A stretch of 51,207 nucleotides of DNA from Bacillota bacterium (GTDB lineage Bacteria > Bacillota > Clostridia > Christensenellales > CAG-138), in assembly GCA_023416895.1 (NCBI GenBank), contig JAEZGQ010000072.1, positions 1-51,207 on the forward strand, in the 5' to 3' direction. Below, one piece after another: positions 26,780 to 35,130 of the stretch. The notes beneath the pieces are model-generated. The model worked only from the letters and a program-made list of their open reading frames with translations, was not told the DNA's origin and ran no database searches. The translations under genes were made by a program, and so were the position numbers. Every line of letters starts with the position of its first letter. Position 1 is the stretch's first letter.

Positions 26780-27526
26780 TCACTTCACGGTTCCGTAGCG
26801 CCTGTCGCGGCGCTGGAATTCTTTCAGGGCTTCGATGTACTTTTTCTCGCTGAAATCCGGCCAGTAGGTATCCGTAAAATAAAGCTCCGCGTACGCAGCC
26901 TGCAAAAGCATAAAGTTGCTCAAACGCATTTCCCCACCCGTGCGGATCACAAGGTCCAGCTGAGGAAGCCCACTCGTATATAGGCAATCAAAAAGCAATG
27001 CCTCGTCGATCTCCTGCGGCAGAAGCTCACCCGAAACGGCCTTTTTTGAAAGAACCCTTGCCGCGCGCACAAGCTCTGCACGGCTGCCGTAATTGAGCGC
27101 AATGTTGAGCTTAAGCCCCTTGTTTTGGCGCGTTTTCTCGGTCGCCCGCGCCACGGCTTCCCGCACGGCATTAGGAAAGGCTTCGGTTTCGCCCAAAATG
27201 CGGATGCAAACGCCGTTCTCGTGCAATTCGTTGATCTCACGCACAAAATACTCCACCAAGAGGTCGAAAAGCGCCCCCACCTCTTCTCTGGGGCGCGACC
27301 AGTTTTCCGTGGAAAACGCGTAGAGCGAAAGCGCCTCAATGGAAAGATCGGACGAGAGGCGGATGGTGCTTTTGAGCTTGTCCATCGCCGCGCGGTGCCC
27401 CATGCTTCTGGGTAGCAGGCGCTGCTTTGCCCACCTGCCGTTGCCGTCCATAATGATGCCCACATGCTTCGGGAGCTCCGGGGTGAGCCCCATTGCACGA
27501 AGCTCCTCTTGTGTGTACTTTGCCAT
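26780..27526 (-). CDS. uppS: Isoprenyl transferase (undecaprenyl diphosphate synthase)
   Basis: It has HVGIIMDGNGRWAK, FSTENWSRP and RTGGEMRLSNF. ATG 27526 has a GAGGAGGAG SD. Confidence 0.9.
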   Translation of the reverse strand: MAKYTQEELRAMGLTPELPKHVGIIMDGNGRWAKQRLLPRSMGHRAAMDKLKSTIRLSSDLSIEALSLYAFSTENWSRPREEVGALFDLLVEYFVREINELHENGVCIRILGETEAFPNAVREAVARATEKTRQNKGLKLNIALNYGSRAELVRAARVLSKKAVSGELLPQEIDEALLFDCLYTSGLPQLDLVIRTGGEMRLSNFMLLQAAYAELYFTDTYWPDFSEKKYIEALKEFQRRDRRYGTVK

Positions 27527-27570
27527 GCTCCTCCTCGGTTTGAACAAAGAGGACGACGGAAAAGCCCCCG

Positions 27571-27774
27571 TCATCCCCCATATGTATAGTCGGTTTTGAA
27601 TATCGAATACACAAGCTCCACTTCGCCGCTTTCAAGTGTGCGCTGGCGCAACACCCGCGCCGAATTGCCTTCGACGCCTTTGCGGCTTCTTGTTTGCGTA
27701 AGCCTTAGCGTATACCCCTGTTCTCGAAGAAGGCGTGAAGCCTCCTCCAAATCCAGCCCCAAAACGGAAATCAA
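27571..27774 (-). CDS. Hypothetical 67-aa protein between frr and uppS, with a possible PASTA-like alpha/beta pattern
   Basis: The ORF-track protein is MISVLGLDLEEASRLLREQGYTLRLTQTRSRKGVEGNSARVLRQRTLESGEVELVYSIFK. The TTG start overlaps the frr stop (GTTTGA), and the AAGGAG in the frr 3' end lies 11 nt upstream. The ORF fills most of an otherwise 245-nt gap in an operon. I do not recognise the family confidently. Confidence 0.45.
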   Translation of the reverse strand: MISVLGLDLEEASRLLREQGYTLRLTQTRSRKGVEGNSARVLRQRTLESGEVELVYSIFKTDYTYGG

Positions 27775-28322
27775 ACTTCCATGATCTCCTTTTCCTTCTC
27801 GGCCATGATAACATCGATGTCCTTGATCATGTTATCGGTGAGCTTCTGCATTTGATCTTCGAGCTTTTTCTGATCGTCCTCGGTGATTTCGCTGTCCTTG
27901 CGCTGCTTTTTGACGACTTCCATGGCGTCGCGGCGGATGGAGCGGATGGCCACCTTGGATTCCTCACCCTTTTTGCGCACGGTCTTTACAAGATCCTTGC
28001 GGCGTTCCTCGGTGAGTTCCGGGAATACGAGGCGGATGATCTTCCCATCGTTTGAGGGGTTGATGCCGAGTTCGGATTTTTGAATCGCCTTTTCGATGGG
28101 GGAAAGCGCCGTGGGGTCGTAAGGAGCAATGACCAAAATCCTCGGTTCGGGCGAAGAGATATTTGCCATTTGAGGAATGGGCGTATGCGTGCCGTAATAT
28201 TCGGCCGTAATGCGTTCGAGAAGCTGCGCGTTGGCGCGTCCTGCTCGAAGGCCGCTCAAATCGCGTTTGAACACGGCGATGGTTTTGTTCATTTTGTCCT
28301 TTGCTGTTTCGATGGCATCCAT
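27771..28322 (-). CDS. frr: Ribosome recycling factor
   Basis: MDAIETAKDKMNKTIAVFKRDLSGLRAGRANAQLLERI...IRRDAMEVVKK is the Frr pattern. ATG 28322 has an AGGAGG SD. Confidence 0.9.
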   Translation of the reverse strand: MDAIETAKDKMNKTIAVFKRDLSGLRAGRANAQLLERITAEYYGTHTPIPQMANISSPEPRILVIAPYDPTALSPIEKAIQKSELGINPSNDGKIIRLVFPELTEERRKDLVKTVRKKGEESKVAIRSIRRDAMEVVKKQRKDSEITEDDQKKLEDQMQKLTDNMIKDIDVIMAEKEKEIMEV

Positions 28323-28439
28323 ACAATCGCCTCCTGCTTGCAAGTGTGTTCTTCCATTTTAAACGATTTTCCCATATTATACAAGCCCGTCGCTTCTTTG
28401 AAAAACTTGGCGGGCACTTGCATTTTATATCCTACGCGC

Positions 28440-28880
28440 TTACTCGGCGAGCTTCGCGGGCTTCTCGCCCGTGGGGATCGCGCGCCACGAAACGACCTTG
28501 CAGCCGCGATCTTCGATCAACTTCTTGGTGCCCGGCTCGTCCTTTTGGGGGTCGTTGCCACCCGAGCAGAAGAAAAGCTCAACTTCCTTGCCGGAAGGCA
28601 GAAGGTTGACGATGGAATTGAACGCGGGCGCGGGGTACGCCGCCCATACCGGGCAGCCAACAACGATGCGGTCAAACGCGTTTAAATCGACACCGAGCGG
28701 TTTAATTTTTGACGCCTTCCGCTTCATTGCATGCGGGCAACCGGGGATAAATGAGCCAAACAGCCCGCGGTTTCTTTCTTCCCTGACGCGGTAAACGGGC
28801 GCGTCAAGCTCTTTTGCAAGGCGTTCTGCCTCCCTTTTGCTGGCGCCGCCGAGCGTGTAATACAGGATAACAGTTTTCAT
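28440..28880 (-). CDS. Flavodoxin-like fold protein
   Basis: MKTVILYYTLGGASKREAERLAKEL...RIVVGCPVWAAYPAP...ELFFCSGG resembles short flavodoxin-like proteins. An AGGAGGGG SD lies 20 nt after the pyrH stop. The family call is tentative. Confidence 0.5.
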   Translation of the reverse strand: MKTVILYYTLGGASKREAERLAKELDAPVYRVREERNRGLFGSFIPGCPHAMKRKASKIKPLGVDLNAFDRIVVGCPVWAAYPAPAFNSIVNLLPSGKEVELFFCSGGNDPQKDEPGTKKLIEDRGCKVVSWRAIPTGEKPAKLAE

Positions 28881-28900
28881 GGCATTCCCCTCCTATAAGC

Positions 28901-29614
28901 TTAATTGCAGATGAGCGTGCATCCACTGTTCGCTTCACTGCGCACCACGCGCAGAATGCTGCCCTTTTCCTTCATAGAGAAAACGAGGATGGGGATTTGC
29001 TGCTCCATGCATAAGGTAATGGCCGTCAAATCCGTCGCTCTGAGGTTTTGCTCCACCACCTGCTGATAGGTGAGACGCTCATAGCGCACGGCGGTTTTAT
29101 CGATATTCGGATCGGCGGAATACACGCCGTCCACGTTCTTCGCGAGCAGCAACGCGTCCGCGCCGATCTCCGCCGCCTTGAGCGCAGCCGCCGTATCCGT
29201 AGACAAAAACGGAAGGCCGCTTCCCGCTGCGAAAATGAGCACCTTGCCATTGGCAAGCGCCTCTTTTGCGCCGCGCGCGGTATAGCTTTCGCAAAAACGC
29301 GGCACATCCACCGACGACATTACGACCGACGGCACGCCCATTTTTTCAAGAGAATCCTGCAAAGCGAGCGAGTTGATGATGGTGGCAAGCATACCCATGT
29401 GATCCGCGCGGTTGCGGTCCATTTCGCCGCCACTCCTGCCGCGCCAGATGTTGCCCGCGCCGATGGTTACGCCAACCTCCACGCCATCTTCCCTTAACAG
29501 CCTAAGTTGGTCGGCGATATCGGTGACCGCGTCAAAATCGAGAATCTCTCCCTTTCCAGAAAGGGCCTCACCCGAAAGTTTCAACGAAACGCGTTTGTAA
29601 CGAATGTAGTCCAT
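28901..29614 (-). CDS. pyrH: UMP kinase
   Basis: It has YKRVSLKLSGEAL, GAGNIWRG and FAAGSGLPFLSTDTAAAL. It lies in the tsf-pyrH-frr synteny. The start was trimmed to ATG 29614. Confidence 0.9.
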   Translation of the reverse strand: MDYIRYKRVSLKLSGEALSGKGEILDFDAVTDIADQLRLLREDGVEVGVTIGAGNIWRGRSGGEMDRNRADHMGMLATIINSLALQDSLEKMGVPSVVMSSVDVPRFCESYTARGAKEALANGKVLIFAAGSGLPFLSTDTAAALKAAEIGADALLLAKNVDGVYSADPNIDKTAVRYERLTYQQVVEQNLRATDLTAITLCMEQQIPILVFSMKEKGSILRVVRSEANSGCTLICN

Positions 29615-29654
29615 AAAAGTATCCCCCAGAATTCTCATGCAAATCCGTTTTTTG

Positions 29655-29689
29655 GTAACAAAAAAGGAACACCCAAAGGGTGTTCCTTT
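29655..29689 (-). terminator. Intrinsic terminator after tsf
   Basis: A perfect 12-bp stem, AAAGGAACACCC/GGGTGTTCCTTT (29663..29689), closes a 3-nt loop. The minus-strand tail is TTTTTTGTT. Confidence 0.8.
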
Positions 29690-29696
29690 GAAGCCA

Positions 29697-30350
29697 TTAC
29701 TTACCGACCTGGCTCATAACTTCTTCAGCGAAGTTGTCCTGACGCTTTTCAAGGCCTTCGCCCATTTCATAGCGCACAAACCTGCGCACGCTGATCTTCT
29801 CACCGATTTTGGCGGAGGCGGCGTTCACAAGCTGCTGCACGGTCTGATCGGGGTCCTTCACGAAGGGCTGCTCAAGCAAGCACACTTCCTTGTAGAACTT
29901 CTCGATGCGGCCTTCCACCATCTTGTCGATGATGTTCATGGGCTTGGGCTTGGGCTCATTGAGCGCCTGCGCGCGGAGAATTTCCTTTTCCTTTTCGATC
30001 TCGGTCTGATCCACTTCGTCCTTGCTGACGTAGGTGGGCTTCGCGGCCGCGATCTGCATGGCGATGTCATGCACAAGGGTCTTGAACTGCTCGGTCTTGG
30101 CGACGAAGTCGGTTTCGCAGTTGACCTCTACGAGCACGCCGATTTTGCCGCCCAAATGGACGTACGCATCCACGATGCCCTCGGCGGCGATGCGGCCGGC
30201 CTTTTTGGCGTTGGCGGCAAGGCTCTTCTCACGCAGGTAATCCACGGCCTTTTCCATATCGCCGTTGGTTTCGGTGAGGGCCTTTTTGCAATCCATCATG
30301 CCCGCGCCGGTCATTTCACGCAGGGTCATTACATCTTTTGCGGTGAACAT
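29697..30350 (-). CDS. tsf: Elongation factor Ts (short form)
   Basis: [35 protein letters not shown] is the UBA-like N-terminus. The gene lies downstream of rpsB. Confidence 0.9.
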   Translation of the reverse strand: MFTAKDVMTLREMTGAGMMDCKKALTETNGDMEKAVDYLREKSLAANAKKAGRIAAEGIVDAYVHLGGKIGVLVEVNCETDFVAKTEQFKTLVHDIAMQIAAAKPTYVSKDEVDQTEIEKEKEILRAQALNEPKPKPMNIIDKMVEGRIEKFYKEVCLLEQPFVKDPDQTVQQLVNAASAKIGEKISVRRFVRYEMGEGLEKRQDNFAEEVMSQVGK

Positions 30351-30369
30351 ATGCTAAACCTCCCAAGGA

Positions 30370-31107
30370 TTAAAAGTCGTCGCCCGATACGGCGGCTGCC
30401 TCATCGGCACCCGCTTCCATCTGCTCGCCCTGCCTGCCTTCAAGCACCGCGTCCGCAATTTTGGAGGCGATGAGCTTGACCGCACGGATGGCGTCGTCGT
30501 TGCCCGGAATGGGGTAATCGACCTCATCGGGGTCGCAGTTGGTGTCTACGATCGCCACAACGGGAATGCCAAGCGCGTGCGCTTCCATGATGGCGATGTG
30601 CTCCTTGCGCGGATCCACAACGAACATGGCGCCGGGAAGACGCTTCATTTCCTTGATGCCGCCAAGGTTCTTTTCAAGCTTTTCGGCCTCGGCCTTGAGC
30701 TTGATGACTTCCTTTTTGGGAAGCAGCGCAAAGTCGCCGTCAGCTTCCATCTTCTCGATCTTGCGAAGACGAGCAAGGCGGGACTGCATGGTTTTGAAGT
30801 TGGTGAGCATGCCGCCTAGCCAGCGCTGGTTAACAAAGTACATTTCGCAGCGGCGGGCTTCCTGTTCAATGGATTCCTGCGCCTGCTTCTTGGTACCTAC
30901 AAACAGCACCGATTCGCCCTGCATCGCGAGATCGCGGATAAAGAAATAAGCTTCTTCCGCCTTCTTCACGGTCTTCTGCAGGTCGATGATGTAGATGCCG
31001 TTGCGCTCGGTGAAGATGTACTCCTTCATTTTGGGGTTCCAGCGGCGGGTCTGATGACCGAAGTGCACGCCGGCCTCAAGGAGCTGTTTCATGGAAATTA
31101 CGGACAT
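30370..31107 (-). CDS. rpsB: 30S ribosomal protein S2
   Basis: [19 protein letters not shown] is the S2 signature. The protein is 245 aa. Confidence 0.95.
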   Translation of the reverse strand: MSVISMKQLLEAGVHFGHQTRRWNPKMKEYIFTERNGIYIIDLQKTVKKAEEAYFFIRDLAMQGESVLFVGTKKQAQESIEQEARRCEMYFVNQRWLGGMLTNFKTMQSRLARLRKIEKMEADGDFALLPKKEVIKLKAEAEKLEKNLGGIKEMKRLPGAMFVVDPRKEHIAIMEAHALGIPVVAIVDTNCDPDEVDYPIPGNDDAIRAVKLIASKIADAVLEGRQGEQMEAGADEAAAVSGDDF

Positions 31108-31249
31108 AGTGAGATTCCTCCTCGTTTTTATTTTCCTCCCCGCACATCAGCTCTTGCGCCAACCTTCTTTCATAAAAAGAAAGCACGAAGCGCAAAATCA
31201 GCGCGGGTGTGTATTTGCGGCATCCGTTTGCCGCACACATACCCGAGAG

Positions 31250-31279
31250 ATTATAGCACAAGCACCTTTGTGTTTGCAA
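31250..31279 (-). promoter_or_regulatory. Candidate sigma-A promoter for rpsB-tsf, with an extended -10
   Basis: On the minus strand, -35 TTGCAA (31274..31279) and TGcTATAAT (-10 at 31250..31255) are separated by an 18-nt spacer. The ~140-nt leader contains a long imperfect hairpin at about 31207..31246. Confidence 0.6.
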
Positions 31280-31280
31280 G

Positions 31281-31306
31281 AAAAAAACGCGGCTTATACC
31301 CGCGAT
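31281..31306 (-). terminator. Weak terminator after the DUF1292 gene
   Basis: The minus strand reads CGCGG-GTATAAG-CCGCG, followed by T7. Confidence 0.45.
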
Positions 31307-31317
31307 TTTTGGCGTTT

Positions 31318-31611
31318 TTACGCGTCGCCGCCCTCGTCGTCCATTTCGTCGATCAGCGAAAGAAACTCGTCGAACACCTCGTTGAGAAGCACTTCGTTGT
31401 CGATGGAAACATAGGTATCCTCGCCGTCCACGTTTTCCACCTTCAAAAGCACGACCTCCGCCTCGGTTTCGCTGTCTTCCTCAGCATCCACAGGCTCGAG
31501 CGCCACATAACGCACACCCTCATACAAGAAGGTTAGCACGTGCAAAAAGCGCTCCTCGCTGCCGTTTTCATCGAGCAGCACAACTTCGTCGTTCAAATCG
31601 GATTTGGCCAT
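31318..31611 (-). CDS. DUF1292-family acidic protein (YrzB-like)
   Basis: The protein is 97 aa and very acidic, with VVLLDENGSEERFLHVLTFLYEGVRYVAL. It lies downstream of ruvX, as in Bacillus yrzL-yrrK-yrzB. Confidence 0.7.
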   Translation of the reverse strand: MAKSDLNDEVVLLDENGSEERFLHVLTFLYEGVRYVALEPVDAEEDSETEAEVVLLKVENVDGEDTYVSIDNEVLLNEVFDEFLSLIDEMDDEGGDA

Positions 31612-31662
31612 TTGTTTTCCCTTCCCTTTGTTTCAAATCATCGCCATTTTAAAAGCGTTACA

Positions 31663-32085
31663 TCAAAGCTTCGGGTTTGACGCAAGGTACCCTTGCAAAA
31701 TCACGACCGCGGCAAGCTTGTCGACCACCTTTTTGCGCTTCTGCCACGACATTTCTGCCTCCAAAAGCACGCGCTCGGCGGAAACGGTGGTGAGCCGCTC
31801 GTCGTAAAACGCATGCTCGCCTTGCCACTTTTCAAGAACCGCTGCAGCAAAGTCCTTCACGCGCTCGGCTTGAAAGCCGTAGGTTCCGTCCATGTTGCGC
31901 GGCATGCCGAAAAGAAGCCGCACGGGTTTATATCCCTCCGCCAGCTTTATAATATACGCAACGTCTTTTTCGATGTCGCCCGTGCGCGAAAAGGTTTCAA
32001 GCCCTTGCGCGGTGATGCCGAGCGCGTCGCTCACCGCAATGCCGATGCGCTTTTCGCCCACGTCGAGCGCCAAAATACGTAGCAT
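31663..32085 (-). CDS. ruvX: Holliday junction resolvase-like protein RuvX/YqgF
   Basis: MLRILALDVGEKRIGIAVSD...DERLTTVSAE is the YqgF pattern. The start was trimmed to ATG 32085. Confidence 0.85.
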   Translation of the reverse strand: MLRILALDVGEKRIGIAVSDALGITAQGLETFSRTGDIEKDVAYIIKLAEGYKPVRLLFGMPRNMDGTYGFQAERVKDFAAAVLEKWQGEHAFYDERLTTVSAERVLLEAEMSWQKRKKVVDKLAAVVILQGYLASNPKL

Positions 32086-32112
32086 ATGACCTCCGAAAAA
32101 GATACTTTCAGG

Positions 32113-32141
32113 CAAAATCGGGGCGCGCAAACGCGCGCCCC
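32113..32141 (-). terminator. GC-rich hairpin between ireB and ruvX (possible partial terminator)
   Basis: GGGGCGCG (32120..32127) pairs with CGCGCCCC (32134..32141). The minus-strand tail is ATTTTGCC. Confidence 0.4.
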
Positions 32142-32164
32142 GCAAAAAATCAGCCGATCAGGCT

Positions 32165-32434
32165 TTATTCGCCGTCGGGCGAATTGTGCCTGGCATAAAA
32201 GCGCACAAGCTCCTCAAGAAGCTCGTCCCGCTCGAGCATACGAATGCGGTAACGGGCGTTGTTATGGCTTGTGATGTAGGTCGGGTCGCCGCTGATGAGG
32301 TAGCCGACGATTTGGTTTACCGGATCGTAACCCTTTTCCTTCATCGCGGAGTACACGCTCATGAGCACCTCGTTGGCGGTGCTTTTGTCCTTGGGGATAG
32401 AAAACTGCATGGTTTCGTTGGTATTATCCGGCAT
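32165..32434 (-). CDS. ireB: IreB-family regulatory phosphoprotein (UPF0297/YrzL)
   Basis: TMQFS.......[40 protein letters not shown] is the UPF0297 signature. The protein is 89 aa and lies upstream of ruvX. Confidence 0.8.
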   Translation of the reverse strand: MPDNTNETMQFSIPKDKSTANEVLMSVYSAMKEKGYDPVNQIVGYLISGDPTYITSHNNARYRIRMLERDELLEELVRFYARHNSPDGE

Positions 32435-32595
32435 GGCGCTACTCCTTTCCGCGCGTCTTTTGGTATATTATACATGATTGCGCGCGCTTTTCATAGCGGA
32501 AACAAAAATTTAACAACCTTACGCCAAACGTTTCAAAAAAGCACAATGTACGGTGAGTCAGCACCGAAAAGCTTCCTTGATGAAAGCGCCTGTTT

Positions 32596-32625
32596 AAGTA
32601 AAAATGCCGCGTATGGCGGCATTTT
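32596..32625 (-). terminator. Intrinsic terminator after the nifS-nifU-small ORF unit
   Basis: AAAATGCCGC pairs with GCGGCATTTT (32601..32625) around a 5-nt loop. The minus-strand tail is TTTTTACTT. Confidence 0.65.
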
Positions 32626-32648
32626 CAACATAATAGACCGACGGGCGT

Positions 32649-32807
32649 TCAGTTGAGCACCCGCATCATCGCGCGCCGCGTAAATTTTGCCGCGCGGCGG
32701 GAGTCGCGCAACATCCTGCGCGAAACATCCGGATACATGGAAAGAATTGCGGCCGAAGCAAGCGTGATGCCCGCCGCCATGCCGATGACGATAGATACGG
32801 CTTTCAT
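32649..32807 (-). CDS. Hypothetical 52-aa membrane protein (not in the ORF track; too short)
   Basis: My own translation is MKAVSIVIGMAAGITLASAAILSMYPDVSRRMLRDSRRAAKFTRRAMMRVLN. It has one hydrophobic helix and a basic tail. An AAAGGAGA SD lies 8 nt upstream of the ATG. The stop is followed by the terminator hairpin at 32601..32625. Confidence 0.45.
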   Translation of the reverse strand: MKAVSIVIGMAAGITLASAAILSMYPDVSRRMLRDSRRAAKFTRRAMMRVLN

Positions 32808-32912
32808 AAACAAAATCTCCTTTCAGACAGGCGTTTGTAGCTTAGTTTGTCCGAAAGAAGATATGTTATTGCTGTCATATGCTAGGCAAGTTTCCTTGCG
32901 TTTCCAGCTCGC

Positions 32913-33302
32913 TTACGCGTTTTTTTCGCCTTCTGCCTTACGCTTATGATAATCGTCGATGGCAGCCTTGATGGCCTCCTCGGCGAGCACGGAGCAGTGG
33001 ATTTTTACGGGCGGCAGCCCTTCAAGCGCCTCCACCACGGCGGTATTGGTAAGCTTCAGTGCCTCGTCCACGCTTTTGCCCTTGATAAGCTCCGTCGCCA
33101 TGGAGCTGGTTGCAACGGCCGCGCCGCAGCCAAACGTTTTGAAGCCCACATCCTCAATGATGCCGTCGTCGCTCACCTTGATGAACATCTGCATGATGTC
33201 GCCGCACTTGGCGTTGCCCACAAGACCTACGCCGTTTGCGTCCTTGAGTTCACCCACGTTGCGGGGATGCTCGAAATGGTCAAGAACTTTTTCGGTATAC
33301 AT
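32913..33302 (-). CDS. nifU: Fe-S cluster scaffold protein NifU/IscU type
   Basis: The three scaffold cysteines are present in GNAKCGD, FKTFGCGAA and IHCSVLA. The protein is 129 aa and lies downstream of nifS. Confidence 0.9.
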   Translation of the reverse strand: MYTEKVLDHFEHPRNVGELKDANGVGLVGNAKCGDIMQMFIKVSDDGIIEDVGFKTFGCGAAVATSSMATELIKGKSVDEALKLTNTAVVEALEGLPPVKIHCSVLAEEAIKAAIDDYHKRKAEGEKNA

Positions 33303-33314
33303 AACGGTTCCTCC

Positions 33315-34478
33315 TTAATTTGCATGGTAGAGCGGGGACATCAGGCGCAGCCTTTCAACGACCTTCGGAAGCGTTTCAAGGACGTAGTCGATTTCCTCCT
33401 CGGTGGTTTCATCGCCCAAGGAAAGGCGCAGCGAGCCGTGCGCGATTTCGTGCGGCATGCCCATGGCAAGAAGCACATGGGAAGGGTCAAGTGAACCTGA
33501 AGTGCAGGCGCTTCCGCTCGATGCGGCGATTCCGTTAAGGTCGAGAAGCAGCAGTATGGACTCGCCCTCGATGTAGCGGATGCTGAAATTGACGTTGTTG
33601 GGCAGGCGTTCCTCGGGGTGGCCATTGAGCTTTACCTCGGGAATGCGCGCGGGTATGCCCGTCAGGAGCTTGTTGCGCAGGTATTTCATGCGCGCGGCGG
33701 TATTTTCCATGTTCGTTGTGGCAAGCTCGATGGCCTCACCGAGGCCCACGATGCCCGGCGTGTTCTCGGTGCCGGCGCGGCGGTTTTTCTCCTGCGCACC
33801 GCCAACGAGAAGCGCGGGAACTTTCACGCCCTTTCTCACATACAGCGCACCTACACCCTTTGGGCCATGGAATTTGTGCGCCGATATGGAAAGAAAGTCG
33901 ATGTTCATCTTTTGCACATCCACAGGAACATGCGCTACAGCCTGCACCGCGTCAGTATGGAACAGCACGCCCTTTTCACGGCAGACCTTTCCAATTTCCT
34001 CGATGGGCATAATGGTACCGATCTCGTTGTTGGCAAACATCACGCTCACAAGAATGGTTTGCTCGGTAATGGCATCCGCCACCTGCTGTGCGGTAACGCG
34101 GCCATATTCATCCACCGGCAAATAGGTTACGCGTGCGGCACCGTTTTTTTCAAGCTGTTCGCAGGCGTAAAGCACCGCATGGTGCTCCACCGCCGTGGTA
34201 ATGATATGGTTGCCTTTGTTTTTATAACGCTGCACGACGCCGAACAATACCGTATTGTCGCTTTCCGTGCCGCCGGCGGTAAAAACAATTTCCTCGGGCT
34301 TGGCGTTGATCGCCTTTGCGACCTGTTCTCTCGCACGGTCTACGCCTTTTTTCGCGTCGCGCCCGAAGGAATGAAGGCTTGATGGGTTTCCGTAGAACTC
34401 CGTCATATACGGCATCATCTTTTCAAGCACTTTAGGGGAAAGCGCAGTGGTCGCCGCGTTGTCAAGATAAACTCTCAT
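33315..34478 (-). CDS. nifS: Cysteine desulfurase NifS
   Basis: It has YLDNAATT, the PLP lysine in SISAHKFHGPKG and the active-site Cys in SSGSACTSGS. ATG 34478 (MRVYLDNAATT) is preferred over the track GTG 34487. Confidence 0.9.
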   Translation of the reverse strand: MRVYLDNAATTALSPKVLEKMMPYMTEFYGNPSSLHSFGRDAKKGVDRAREQVAKAINAKPEEIVFTAGGTESDNTVLFGVVQRYKNKGNHIITTAVEHHAVLYACEQLEKNGAARVTYLPVDEYGRVTAQQVADAITEQTILVSVMFANNEIGTIMPIEEIGKVCREKGVLFHTDAVQAVAHVPVDVQKMNIDFLSISAHKFHGPKGVGALYVRKGVKVPALLVGGAQEKNRRAGTENTPGIVGLGEAIELATTNMENTAARMKYLRNKLLTGIPARIPEVKLNGHPEERLPNNVNFSIRYIEGESILLLLDLNGIAASSGSACTSGSLDPSHVLLAMGMPHEIAHGSLRLSLGDETTEEEIDYVLETLPKVVERLRLMSPLYHAN

Positions 34479-34911
34479 TGTTTTCACACCGCCTCATTTG
34501 CATTTTATAATCGTCCGCCATATCCTTGAGCGTGGTTGAGGACAGAACATCGTTGATCTTCGATTGAAGCTTGAGCCAAAGCGGCCTTGCCGAACAGCTG
34601 CACGCGTTGCCGCAGCTAACCTTTTCAACGCCAACACAGCTTATGAGATCGGTAGAACCTTCGAGCGCCCTTAAAATTTCGCCCACCTGAATTTGCTCGG
34701 GCGCGCGTGAAAGCGTGTACCCGCCTGCCGCGCCGCGCGCGGACAAAACGAGACCCGCTTTTTTTAGCGAGGCGACAAGCTGTTCGAGGTACGCTTCGCT
34801 GATGCCCTGCTGCGCGGCCAAAGACGCCGTGCTAACATTGCCGTTTCCGTATTCCACCGCCAAGTCGACCATGGCCTTAATGCCGTAACGCCCGCGGGTA
34901 GAAAGCTTCAC
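34462..34911 (-). CDS. iscR: Rrf2-family transcriptional regulator (IscR-like)
   Basis: KLSTRGRYGIKAMVDLA plus the wHTH segment SEAYLEQLVASLKKAGLV and a Cys cluster (CVGVEKVSCGNACSC) are present. GTG 34911 has a GGAGGTG SD 7 nt upstream. It is the first gene of the nifS-nifU unit. Confidence 0.75.
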   Translation of the reverse strand: MKLSTRGRYGIKAMVDLAVEYGNGNVSTASLAAQQGISEAYLEQLVASLKKAGLVLSARGAAGGYTLSRAPEQIQVGEILRALEGSTDLISCVGVEKVSCGNACSCSARPLWLKLQSKINDVLSSTTLKDMADDYKMQMRRCENNESLS

Positions 34912-34961
34912 TTCAACGCACCTCCAATTCCTATCAAGCTGCTTGGATTTGATCCATTGCA

Positions 34962-34990
34962 ACTTTACCACAGTCAACAGCGCATGTCAA
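34962..34990 (-). promoter_or_regulatory. Candidate sigma-A promoter of the iscR-nifS-nifU unit
   Basis: On the minus strand, -35 TTGACA (34985..34990) and TGgTAAAGT (-10 at 34962..34967) are separated by a 17-nt spacer. Confidence 0.5.
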
Positions 34991-35057
34991 TAATTCCAAG
35001 TGACTTGCTAGGATATATTTTGTGAATCTTTTGCGTCGTTCATGCACAGCAAAATTT

Positions 35058-35094
35058 AAGCAAAAGAGAGCCCGCGGCTTTGCGCCACAGGCTC
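35058..35094 (-). terminator. Terminator after the NYN/LOTUS gene
   Basis: An 11-bp stem (two G-U pairs) joins 35068..35078 and 35084..35094 around a GCAAA loop. The minus-strand tail is TCTTTTGCTTAAATTTTGC. Confidence 0.55.
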
Positions 35095-35130
35095 CTTCGG
35101 GAAAATCAAAATCGTTTAAAACGCTTCGCG

